Below are positions 28,991-40,605 of a stretch of DNA of 64,000 nt, piece after piece. Source of the DNA: Protoeuglena noctilucae (lineage: Eukaryota). The DNA lies in NCBI GenBank assembly GCA_958009085.1, contig OY253687.1:186001-250000 (forward strand), written 5' to 3'. The notes beneath the pieces were generated by a model. That model made no database searches. It was not told the origin of the DNA and saw only the letters and a list, made by a program, of their open reading frames with translations. How positions within the stretch are numbered: the stretch's first letter is position 1; each line of letters begins with the position of its first letter. Position numbers and translations under genes: made by a program.

Positions 28991-31900
28991 ATGGATCGTA
29001 GGGGGCGGGGAGCGCCGGGCCATGCACCCGTGATATTGTTAATATGGAGGGTCGCCGCGCTGGCTCTGGGCTGCCTCGTATCGCTGGCCTGGGCCGGAGG
29101 TGAGAGCTACCCGCATTTGCGCGTCCCCTTGCTGCCCCTCCGCCGCGCCTCGTGCTCCCCGCCGCCGTCGACCAGCCCCACCGGCGCCAGTTTGACGGCA
29201 CGTGGTGTGCGCGACGCGGAGCCACGAATTCTCGACGCGCTCGCAGGGGCGAGCATGGCGAGCGTGGAGGGCCCGAGCATTCGCGCCGTGATGCCTTCTA
29301 TCGGCGGGAGCGCTGGCCTGACAGTCGGGAGAGATCGTATGCATGGCGCCGACGACGCTGCGGATCTCCACGCCTTCTTCCGGTGCGGCGGAATCCAGCA
29401 CGGTCGCTCTCGGGGCGTGCGAGGCGCGGGGCCGCGGCTGCCGATCTGCGAGGAGAATCATGCCCGCAGGCTCATTGACACCGACAAGAACGGGGAGATT
29501 ACGTCCGAGGAGGCCGCCAAGTTCATTTTCAAGGAGATTCGCGGCTCGTACAAGACGGACGCAGCTGTGAATGACGCCCTGGTGCGCGGCTGCCCGCCCC
29601 CGCGACGCCGACCAAGCGCGCGAGAGCTCCTCTCATGCTCATTGTGGCTAGTTCGACCGCAGCCGTGCGCTCCGGACGACCGCGTCGCAGGCTCTAGAAG
29701 CAGACATCTCTTGTGTGCTCCACAACGCAGAATTCGATGGTCAACCGCCTGGATTCCACGGACGTTGGCAGCAACATCTCAGAGGTACGCATCCCGCGCG
29801 CACCGCGCAGCTCCGCCCTCTAAGTCGCGACGCGCCGCGAGCCGTTCCCGCACCTGGCCCGCAGGCGGAGATCAAGGCCTTCCTGGCGGGCCTGATGGCC
29901 AGCCCCGTCACGGTGGCGCAGTGGATTGCGTACGGCGTCGGGTTCCCGAAGTACTCCCAGGCCTTCCTCGACAACAGCATCTCGTCCTTGGACTTTCCCC
30001 TCCTCGTCCGCAACGACGGCCAATTCCTCAGGCGGGCGGACCGCGCCGGTCGCGTTTCTTGCCCTCGTTCGCGTGTCGTTGCGGTGGAGTGCGTCAGATG
30101 GCCGCGAACGTAGCTTGGGCTGGCAGGGACAAGCTCCCATTCCTCGGCTGGGTCGCAGGGACGAGCTGGGCATCGAATCGGAGCTGCACCGCACCAAGAT
30201 CCTCCGGGTGCTGAGGATGCAGATCCTCGGGCTGGGCCTCCCGCCCGACCGCGTGCGCTCCTTGGTGTGCGCCCCGCTGCCCGCCGACCCCGGCGCCCTG
30301 CTTCTCTCGTGGGAGCCCCCGGCGTTCCCGGGCGAGCCTGTCTACAGCCGCATCACCGTGGAGGAATTCTTCCCTGGCGGCTCGGCCGCGTCGTGGGAGG
30401 CGGCGCTGACCCTGGGCCCTGGGGAGACGTCGGTGGTGGTCCCGCCGCGGCCGCGAGCGACGTTCGGGAGCGGGCGCGCGTTCCGAGTGACACTGTGGAG
30501 CGAGGGGGGACCTTCCGCGTGGGTGAAGGTGGACGGGTGCCGGCCTATTGAGGCAGGCGGGGAGGAGGGCGGTGCGGGGAAGCGAAGGGGCGGAGGGGCG
30601 GCGGGTGGCGCGGGGGTCGGTGGAGGCGCGGGGGCCGAGGGCGGGGTCGTCCCTGACTCTGCGGTCCAAGAGGCAGCGGCGTGGTGGACCGTGGGAGAGG
30701 GCCTGGCTGGCACGCTGGCTGCCCTGAGTGGTGAGCGCCGCAGCCACTCTCTCACATCTCGTGCTCTCTTTCTGTACTGCGGCTGTTGCACTGCTCTGTG
30801 CGTGACGGTCTCGCCTGGCTCGTGGGCAGCGGAGGCAATAGTCAGACCAGACCAAACGCGACCTCCCCTGGCCTTGCGCAGTGGTGGCGGTGCTGCTGAG
30901 CATGACCATCCGCGGACTCTTCTCCTTCACGGACCTCCTCAAGACGTTTGTCCTCGACGAGGCTGCCGGGCGATATGGGCGCCAGAGCGACCTCAAGACG
31001 GACTTGTTACGAAGCGGGGACGACTTGCACAAGCCCCGCCCCCTGCCGAGGTGAGGGGCCAGCGATGCGACCTGCCGCAGGCTATGTATCGGTCGTCGTG
31101 TGCCTCTCGCGCCCATCCATGGGCCTTGGTGCGGCGTGTCGTGCGTGGGTATCGCAAAGAGCTGTGCGGCCAATGCGTGGCCTTACCAGCACCATTGACG
31201 CCCGCTTTTCAGTGGCATGAAGGGCCGCCTGTCCTGTCGACCCTCTCAGGGGCCGGTCGGAGCTGGCATGGGCCGAGTCGCCGTCAACGTCAATGGGGCG
31301 GCGGGGCAGCGGGGGCGGAAGCGACAAGAGCAGCTCGAGCGGCCAAGGTGAGAACCCTTCTCAGCACCGCCCACCGCTGCGCCATGAACTGGACGCCCTT
31401 GATGCTGCCGACTGCTCCATCTAGCTGACCTGACACGTCGTCAACCACCCAGCCAGTCGCTAAGCACACTTGGGCTCGTCAACTGCCGCGCAGGCCACCG
31501 GCGGGTTGAGTCATGGGGCGTCGGTGTCGGGACTCCCTTGGTGGAGCGGCTGCGGTCGCACAACGACGGCAGCCCGGGTCCGTCCCGGCCGTCGACGCCG
31601 GCCCTGGTGGACCGAACGCCGGGCGCCACTCCCGGGTCGCACTCGCGCACCCCCGCGCCCAGCCTCCCGCGGGAGTCGAGCGGCGGCGTGGTGGGGCCCT
31701 CCACCTCGGGCAACGCGTGGGGCGGCAGCGAGTCGGGGGCGCGCCTGTGCCCCCACGCGGGGTGCACGTGCGAGGACCGGGGCATCAAGATCTGGCCAGC
31801 CGGCAAGTGGCACGTGTGCGGTCGATGCCAGGAAGTGTTCTGCCCCGACCACACGGCCATCAAGGCCCACGGGGCACTGGGCGGCTGCGGCATCGACAGC

Positions 31901-32379
31901 AAGTGCGTCTGCGCAGGGTGCTACGAGCTCCTCCCGGCGGCAGAGCGGTGCGTGGCGGATGCGCGGCTGTGGTTGGCAATGCGCGCCGCATATAGGTCTG
32001 TTTGCCTGCATGGGCACATGTTCTTTGCAGACTGACACAGTGCCTTCAGTCGCCTGGCACCTCACGCTGCCGCAGGGACGCGCTGTGGGCCAAGTACGCA
32101 AAGTTCAGCGTCGCGGGCGGAGCTGGCGCGAGGAGGTGGGAGTCTATGGCCGGGTGCATGCTGGTCGACTGCAATGGACACCCACCTGCCTGTTTTGCTG
32201 CGAGAGGCTTGTAACTCCAAAGCCCTCGTGTGCGCAGGCGGTGGCGCGTCGCCAACCAGACGGTTATGGCTGCGAACCGGTTCGCGCATGCGGGCGAGGA
32301 GCACCGGCGGCAGCAGGGCGAAGCGCCCCTGGGCCCAGAGGCACAGAGCCGCCTACGCAAGGCGTCTGTGGCGAAGTAG
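28991..32379 (+). CDS. STIM-like type I membrane protein: signal peptide, EF-hands, SAM, FN3-like, TM, FYVE-like zinc finger
   Basis: About 11 exons joined in phase. EF loop DTDKNGEITSEE. SAM VAQWIAYGVGFPKYSQAF...FPLL...LGIESELHRTKI. FN3-like LLLSWEPP...FRVTLWSEGGPSAW. TM LAGTLAALSVVAVLLSMTI. Cys/His finger WHVCGRCQEVFCPDH...CVCAGC. Confidence 0.7.
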
Positions 32380-33746
32380 GCCGCACTTGTCAGGGTGCAT
32401 GGCCGCTTGTTGCGACTTGCGCAAGGGCCATGATTCACGATCGTTGTTCCCCATGCCAACGTTCCTTTTGCCGGACCCCCTGCCCCGTCTTTGTTGAGCG
32501 AACGACCGACCACATGTGACGCGATGGTGCGATTCAATTGCTGATTGAATGCCAAATAAGGAATCGGGCGCGTCTACGCCTGGAATGTGCAGTCTGTTCT
32601 ACATGGTCACTGTCCGCGTCACATGTTCGCCGTTGGAACAGAAGGAGCACGAGGAACACAAAAACTAGCAAAGAAAGAGCTGTCGCGTCTACCGGGCAGA
32701 AGCCTCCGTTGCGTACCCTGGGCTCCCTGGGGAAGCCAGGCGCCCCTTCTGCGAATGGGGAAGCGTGCTGATAGGTATAGGTAAGCGCAGCCGCAGGCGC
32801 ACTTTCCCAGGCACACACCAGCAAGCGCAGTGGACCATCGCAAAGGGGCCCTTTGCGTTCCAGCTGCCGCGCTCACCAAGGCGAGTCGGCTCTGTCGCGT
32901 CGCGGCCAGGCTGACGTTCAGGTGCGATGCGGATCCGCTGCCCCCGCTCAGGGCGTGCGTAGTTCCCGCAGGCCCCTTGTCAGGGCACGACAGGTACCCC
33001 TGTGCCGCCGACCTCCCGGCGCCGCCCCTCTCCTCCCAGTCCGGGTCCATCCCTGCCGCCACTGCCTCCATCATCGTGTTCTCCACCGCAGCCACCGTGC
33101 TCGCCCCGCATGGCAACGAGTCCACGCTCCGGTTGGAGGGCCGGCGAGGCCCCGCTCGGTCCGAAGACGGCCGGGACGTGTCTGCGCTCACCCCTGCGAA
33201 CGGCATCGACAGAGTCGTTGCGTGTGGCGGAGTGCAGTTGTCGTGGGGAGACGCAGGGGTGCTCAGAGGCCAAGTCGACGCCTCCCACCTGGCGTCGTGC
33301 GCACGGGAAGTCCAAAGTGATCCGCCTGCCCCGTGTCCGTCTCCCCCGCATCGCCGTCGCCTTCGCCGTCCGCGCCGCTCCGCGCCGGTGTGACGGGCAG
33401 CGACGCCGCCTGCCCATCGCGCTGAGATAACGAAGAACGCCAAAGATTGTTCGTTGTCGCTCAAACAGCACGGTTCAAACGTCAGCCCGCTGTGTCTCTA
33501 GTCGTAGGCGACTCACGTGTGCGTCGGCGTTCGCGTCGACGTGTCCCTCGTCCACGTGCGCACCCAGGGCGGGGGCCACCTGGTTGCCTCGCGCCGCACC
33601 GCTCGTCTCCCTGCGGCCAGGATCGACACAGCTTTGCAGCGACTGCCTCAGCGAACCCGTCTTATACCCCGACCCTGCGAGCCAAGCCCCCTGCAGGCAC
33701 CAGCTGCCCAGCACCTGGGCAGCTGTGCAGTCGCGCTTCCCCCCGA

Positions 33747-34978
33747 CTACGCGTCCTCTTCCAATCGGCGCTGTCGACGTTCCTCTCTCCTCCTCCGCTC
33801 CGCCTCCAGCTGCTCCTCCGCCTCCCTCTCCACCCGCTCTCGCAGCCGCGCGTCCCGCCTCACCATCCCCAACAGCCACCTGCGTGCCGCGAGTGCCCCG
33901 GGCCCGTCCGCATGCGATGGCCAGGCGTACAACCCCGCAGCGCAGCACTTTTTTGAAAGCCCCTCACCGGATCCCGGCCGCAATGCGAGGGTCGGCCTTC
34001 CCCTTGACGCCCGTGGCCACAGCCCCCACCACATGCACCCCGCTGTCCCTGCCTGAACCTCCCAGGTTGAGCCGCGCGGCAACTTCCGTCGGCGAGGCGG
34101 CGCCCTCCTGGTCCTGCTTGTTCGCCAGCAGTAACACGGGCTTGCCGGCCGCTGCCTTGTCGGACAGACTCTGGGCAAGGACGTCGCGGGCCTCCTCCAA
34201 CCGCGCGGGGTCAGCAGAGTCCACTACGACCACGATGCCGTGGACCTGAAGGCGGGGACGATAACGGCGGGCGATTACGGGCGCAGCTGCGGCCCAGGCA
34301 TCCCGCATTCCCAAGCAGGCAAGGCTCCCTTGCCTCTGCAAGGTAGTGGCTCCAAATGCCCCGGATACGCGCCCCACCGCCCACGTCGTAAAACTTCACC
34401 GGAATCTGCATTCGCGGGGAGGGGTCGGCGGTCGAACGCGGCCCGCGCGACCCTAAGCAGGCATCCCCCCACCGACGCACACCTTCCCGAGGGCCAGCTC
34501 GTCCTGGTTGAGACCCCACGTCGGGCTGATCTCGCAGGTTATTGTGCCCTTAATGGCGCTGGCGACCGTGGTCTTTCCGGCGTTGTCAAGGCCGAGAATG
34601 ATCTGCACGAATGCACGCCATGACGGTCAACGGAAGCGGCGCGGCGTCCTCGCCGCGCGTGAGCAGCTGAGCCGCATCGTGCTCGTGACGGCGCGGGGCC
34701 CACGTATCGGCCCGCGCTCGGCCGGGCCGCGGCCAACAGAGTGCTCAAATTGGATCTGGGTGTCGGCCCGGCCGAGCTCCGCGACGGACGGGACACGCCG
34801 AATGCGACAGGGCTCAAACCGGCTCATTCATCCAACGAGGCTAGCGATGGCGGGGATTCCAGCGGACGCCTGGGTCGGCAGCACGCACCAATGTTAGCGG
34901 ACCCTGAGTCCCCTGCCCCCGCCCGCAGGAGAAGCAGCCGAGCAGCCCAGCGTGGCTGCTCCGTCCATGGGCTTTCAT
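33747..34978 (-). CDS. ARL13: ARL13-like ciliary small GTPase (3' end uncertain; may extend via further exons towards ~32800)
   Basis: LGLDNAGKTT, DVGGGARIRGIWSHYLAE (G3 lacking Gln, as in ARL13), VVDSADPARL, LLANKQD, C-terminal charged coiled coil, N-terminal GCFSC. Confidence 0.85.
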
Positions 34979-35393
34979 TCAGCACCCAGGCGCGGACAGA
35001 TAGCTCGCTGGAGCCAGCGTTGTCCCTGGGAGGGCGTGCAATCGCGCAGACAGGCAAACCACGGCCGTTCGCAGTCGCTCCGGAGGGGTTCGAGAGCATG
35101 CAATGTCGACAGGCGACGGCACAGCGATGAGGACTTGAACTGAGAGTCTCTCATGGTTTCAGGCTTCATTTGACCCAACTGACGCTCGCGTCGCTAGAAA
35201 GGGCAGCTGCGTCGTTCGCTGCGTCGATCAATCATCCGGCTGGTCATCTGGGCACTCCTGCGTCGCACTGCTCCGATCGGTCATCCGGCTGGTTGTATCC
35301 GGGTACGAGGCTGTTGAATCGAATGCACTGAACTTGCCCGTGGCACGCAGGCAGCGCGAAGCGCGGTAGAGAACGATGCCGCATGCTGATTTG

Positions 35394-36432
35394 ATGGCTC
35401 AGGCTGTCCCGAGCCCAAGGGACGTCCACACACGGGTGAGTCGGGGCCAAACTTGCGTGCGTGCTTGCGTGCGTGCGTGCACTGCCCCCATGTGTTGCGA
35501 ACACAAGCCTCGTGTTCCACAGACTGGAGGTGGACTGCTGGCGCTGGCCGTCCACTGCGTCATGGTGTCAGCGGATTTCGGACTCGTGGATGGGAAGGGG
35601 CAGGTTCGGTGGGGACGCTTTGGTGAGGCACCCTCTGTGCTGCTGAGAGACTCGGCATCCTCTGATGTGCTCGGCACCCTCCGAGGTTCTGATGTTTTGC
35701 TTGCCCTGGCCCGCAGAGCCCCCTGCTGGGTGGGACACCGACCCAGTACTTGAGGACAAGGAGTGGTTCTTCCGATACCGCCACCGCCTGCACAAGAACG
35801 ACTTCGTGGTCCACCTGTCCCTCGTGAGGGCCATTGCACGCGTAGGCTAGCCTCGTGTAGGCTAGGCTTTTGCTTGGTGACGCCGGCCACAATTTTTGCT
35901 TAGACCGTGACCCGCCCCCTTGCTCAACCCTTGCGCTCACCCTTGCGCAGGACGAGGGGACGGGGAGGATGCTGGTGCACGCGCACGAGCTGACGCGCGC
36001 GCAGCTGGCGTGGCTGGAGGAGGTCAAGGCGAACGGGGGCAAGGAGAAGCGCCCGCAGCCCAAGATGGAGAACATGGCGGTGGTGGGGCTGCTTCTGTCC
36101 AAGTACGTGGCTGACACGGAGGCCAGCGATTGGAGCGACACGATCATCCACGAGGACCAGGCGAGGGGTCAGGCGGTGTCGCGTGAAGCCAGCGCAGCAG
36201 AGGGACAGGGTGCAGCTTTGAGGCGTGTCGCCCCTGGTCTACGCCGCAGCTCCTCGACAACCTGCTGTCCTACATCGTCTTGCCCTTGGAGAGCAAGGCG
36301 GAGCCGCGCACTTCTTCGATGCTCGTGTGGGAGGAGGGCGGATGGGTGACGGCGACTGCGGCGGTGCTGGTCGGCATGGGCGCGCTGGGTTTTGGGTTCT
36401 GGGCGTGGCGGAGGTATGCCGGTGGCGCTTAA
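35394..36432 (+). CDS. PI31/Fbxo7 FP-domain-like protein with C-terminal transmembrane anchor
   Basis: LLALAVHCVMVSADFGLV...PAGWD...WFFRYRH resembles the PI31 N-terminal FP domain. Ends in WVTATAAVLVGMGALGFGFWAWRRYAGGA*. Start uncertain. Confidence 0.55.
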
Positions 36433-36436
36433 AGCT

Positions 36437-36872
36437 TCAGCGAGGCTGAATGGTTCTAAGGGACGTGATGGACGGCTGCTGCAGCATATCAAGGTGGCGT
36501 TGGCTCTGCAACGAGGACCGGGTGGCGTGTGTGAAGCACCGTGTGAAGCATGTGAAGCAGCATTCCAATCGGGAAGAAAATGGGTTGCACCTCGGCGCAT
36601 GCTTGCAACGCACCTGCCGGAGGGTGTGCTCGATTGTGAGGATCTCCTTGCGAGGGATGCCGCGCCCCCGCTCCATCATAACTCTGGCCGCAGCCCTCAT
36701 CTCCGGCTGGGCATCGTGGGGCTTCTTCGCGATGACTCGCAGCGCCCGCAGATAGAGCAGCAAGGCCTGGGCGCACGGGCGGAGATCGGAGGCGTTTTTA
36801 CATCCGTGGACGGTAAATCACGTGTTTCAGTCCCAGAGCACACACCTGCCGCTGAAGCGCTCCCCTTGCCAT
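36437..36872 (-). CDS. SDHAF1: LYR-motif protein, SDH assembly factor 1-like
   Basis: MARGALQRQALLLYLRALR...RKEILTIEHTLRQSQRHLDML fits the SDHAF1 pattern LQxQxLxLYR...IExLLR. Confidence 0.75.
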
Positions 36873-37115
36873 GCAGTGGTGCCTCTTGACGCCTTCGAGG
36901 TCGTCAAATGCCATCCGGCGCTCCTGGAGCCCTGCGGTCGAAGTTGCGAGCACGTCTTGCAGCGTCACGTGTCCCTGGCGAGTCAGTCCCAATCCCAACG
37001 CCCCTCCTTTCATCACATTCGCCGCGTTGGACTCAAACTCGCTCACCGGCCGTTTGACTGACCGACGGTAGCCGCGAGGCAAGCTGTGCGGGGGCGTGGA
37101 GGAAATGGAGCGGCG

Positions 37116-40100
37116 ATGACCACGACCCGCGTTGCCCGGCGTGGCCTGGGTTTCCTCCGCAATCGTATAGATATAAATAGCGTCTCTCACGTCGTGGGTC
37201 AACAGGCCGGCAAGGGGGCGTGCTGCCCCTGCCCTGGCCCGTACCATCGCAATGGGACAGCCGCTACGCCCTGCGATCCCTCGTGGCTTGCTCGAGGGAC
37301 GGCGTCTGTAGCGGACACGGCGTTTTCCGCAAGGCGGAGTGGCAAGCCGGGGCTGTTTGGCGTGGATGGGCTCGCGTCCCCCGCCCACTGGGCGCCCCTC
37401 GCAGCGTCGGCCGCAGCCAAGGTGTGGAGGTCCTGGGGCCGCAGGGAGAGAACCTGATGTGCTCGTGACTGTCGTTGTGAAGACCCTGTGCTGCCCATCG
37501 CGCCAGAAATGCGAGGAAGCGTTCTGAAACACGCGCCACCCGCAGGTCGCGGACAAGCGTCGTGAGATCCGCCAGACGGGGCCCTCGCCGGCCATCGTGC
37601 GCCTGTTGGACGACCTTTCGGACGAGCTCTGCAGGGTGCTGGACACCGCCAAGTGCTGCACCATCAACCACTCTCAAAAGTGACCCTCGCGAGCGGGGCT
37701 GCACGGACCACACCTGCGCCCGTGTCGAGAAAGAGCCATGACAGTGGTTACGCCGTGCCGCTGCCGTTGCAGGGAGTGGAGGGATGCGGCGCTGGCGGTG
37801 CTGGGGCAGTTGGAGCAGGTGCTGGCGGAGGTCAACCTGGACCACGACATGTACCGCAAGCTGAGGGACACGATGGCGTTACCTCGGGGGCCGGGGGCGG
37901 CGGGCCCCAGCGCGCGCTTCTCGGAAGAAACGGACCGCGTCGGTGCGGGCTGCCTCGACGCTTGAGCGGTCACGGCAGCCCACAGCACGAGCGGCCTTGG
38001 GGCGGAGAGCACAGGCCGCGTCTCCGCTTTCGATTCGTGAAACCCAGCACTTCCCGCATGCAGGTTCGTCTCTGCTGGACGACTCCCGCGTTTTTGGGGT
38101 TCACCTGGACTCCCCGAGGCAGGCGGTCATCCAGGCCCTGGCTCTCGAGCGTGCTCACCTGCGCCAGGCCTTCCTGTCGAATGCCACGGACCCCCATGCG
38201 CTCCCTGTCGTGGTGCTGCCGGGCACACCGGACGCCGAGGGGGCTCTCCGCGCCTGCGGCGTCAGGTACGCAAGAGACCGCCACACCCTCAGCGCGGCTG
38301 TGGACGAGGACGTGGCACTGCGGGTCATGGGATGCTCCAGCGATCCCGAGCTGTGCCAGGTGCGCTGGATAGGTCCAAGTGACGCTACGGTGGAGTGCCT
38401 GATAGTTTATTTAGTTCAATCTGGCACTCTGACGCTGACCGTGGCACACTCCCTGCCGCCCCCTGCAGAGGGTGTACCAGTCAGTGTACTCGGTGAATCA
38501 CGCGAACACCCAAGTGCTCACTCGGATGATCTCCACGGGGCGGCAGCTGGCCCAGGAGCTGGGCCATCGGTCCTTTGCGCATGTGGCAGCCGTGCCACCG
38601 CGGCTGGCCGGGGCGCCTGAAGCCGTCAACCGGTTCTTACAGGAGGTTAGGTGCGTTATGGGTGCTGGTGGAACGCGAGCATTACATGGTAAGATACAGA
38701 AGGTGAACCCGCCTTTACAAGCACGGGGACTGCAGTCGGGCCAAATACGCGCTCAGGTTGTGAGCCGTTCACAGGGTGGCACTCTGCGTGCTACAGACGC
38801 CGCATCTCCATCTCCGCAGCCACCTCAACTCGCCGTTCGCGCTACGGGAGGCCGCGGCCCTGTCTGAGGAGCTCGGCGCGCCGCTGACGGCGTACACGCT
38901 GCCGCGGGCCCGCGCGCTCTTCATCGCCCGGCGGCGCCTGACAGAGCCCCGGCAGGAGCTGGGGTGCTACCTGGATGTGGACCGCTGCGTCGACGGCTTC
39001 TTCCAGCTGGCCGGTCGTCTGCTGGGCGTGGAAGTGACTGAGGTGTCGATGCCACCCGAGGAGGGGTGGGCCCCCGCGGGCCAGCTGCGCAAGCTGCTCG
39101 TGCGGCAGCGGGGCCAGGACCGCGGAGTCATTTACCTCGACCTGTGGGCCCGGCCGCGAAAGCACCGGGTGCCCAACGTGCAAGTCCTGCATTGCAGCCG
39201 CGTGGCCTCCTGGCGCCCCGGGATGACCAGGCAAGCACTGGCACGGTGCTGAGCACAAAAAAAACCTGTATCGTGGAGATCTCACGGTGCAATGAGATAC
39301 ACGGGTGCGTGTTTGTAACCTGCAGGGACGAGGTTCGCGCGGCGGAGTCCCAGCCTGCGTCCCTCGTCATGTCCTGCAACTACGTGAGCCGGCAGCTCTC
39401 CCTCTCGGACGTCCGCACGCTCTTCCACGAGTTCGGCCACGCCATGCACTGGATGCTCTCCCGCACCGAGGTGGGTCGCCGCATGACACGTGTGAGAAGA
39501 GTGCTCAACTCGAGCCTCAGCGCTGTTGGGCAGCCACGGCATGCTGCCGGCCCCTGTCTGCAGTTCCAGCACATGAGCGGCACACGGGGTCCTTCGGATT
39601 TCATGGAGATCCCTTCTCACATCTTTGAGCTCTTTGCCATGGACCCGAGGGTCCTGCGCACCTTCGCACGACACCGCGAGACTGGCGAGGTCATACCCGA
39701 CAGCCTGGTCGAGCAGGCGCTGCGGGCCTGCACCGCGCTCCCGGCCATGTCCCTGCAGGTGCGGGGCTCGCCGCCTGACACGAGCACTTCTGTTTGCTGT
39801 CTTGCTTGTCGTGCGCCTTGGCTGGGGTGCACATGACATCGCCGTGGTTCCGTGCGCAGGAGGATCTGGTGCATACGATCGTGGACCAGCAGCTGTTCGG
39901 CCCAGATTCTGGCACCCATTTGCACCGGACGGTGGCTGGGATCATTGACGCCCACGCGGTGTGCCCCCACGTGCCCTCCACGAACCCCTACCTCCGCTTC
40001 GTCCACTTCTGCGACTACCCGAGCACATACTACGGATACCTCTACTCCCAGGCCATCGCAGCGGCCGTGTGGAGCCGCCACTTTGAACAAGACCCCTTCG

Positions 40101-40437
40101 ACCAACAGTCGGGTGAGGGGCGGTGCTTCTTAGCAAACGTGGCTTGCGTGCATCTGCTTGTTACTCAGCGCAGTACGCGACCTGCCTGTGCCGCTGGTTG
40201 CGGCGGAGAGGGAGGCGAGCACGGTCGCGCACCCACCTCACCATGCGTGCAGGGGCAGCTCTGGCCGACTTCCTCAGCTACGGCTGCAGCGGGGACTTTC
40301 AAAGCCAGGTGCGAAATCTGGCTGGGGAGGGCGCCCTGTGCCCCGTGGAGCATGGGTGGTGCCCTGACCCAGAGCAATTCGTGGCGCTGGCGATGCGGCG
40401 GGGGGGTGGCAACTCGGCATCCGTGTCCAAGCTCTGA
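37116..40437 (+). CDS. MIPEP: Mitochondrial intermediate peptidase (M3A metallopeptidase, OCT1)
   Basis: Arg-rich presequence, GLFGVDGL, LLDDLSDELCRVLD, GVIYLDLWARPRK, TLFHEFGHAMH (HEXXH), FQHMSGTRGPSDFMEIPS, YYGYLYS. Confidence 0.9.
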
Positions 40438-40605
40438 TCCGCGAACAGCACGCGCACAAGAGCCGCGCAATTAGCAGCGTTGTGGGCCTCAGCAGCCCTA
40501 CTAGCTACGGCGCTACCCATAGGGACACAGGTGCGACCATCGCGTGGTCGGCCATTGAAAAAGTGCACAGAAGCAGACGACAGCGGTCTAGTCTCTCGCT
40601 TTCCC

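Noticed and set aside
36529..36559. GTGTGAAGCA-like repeat, three copies
   Set aside because: Short intronic repeat in SDHAF1 with no evidence of function.
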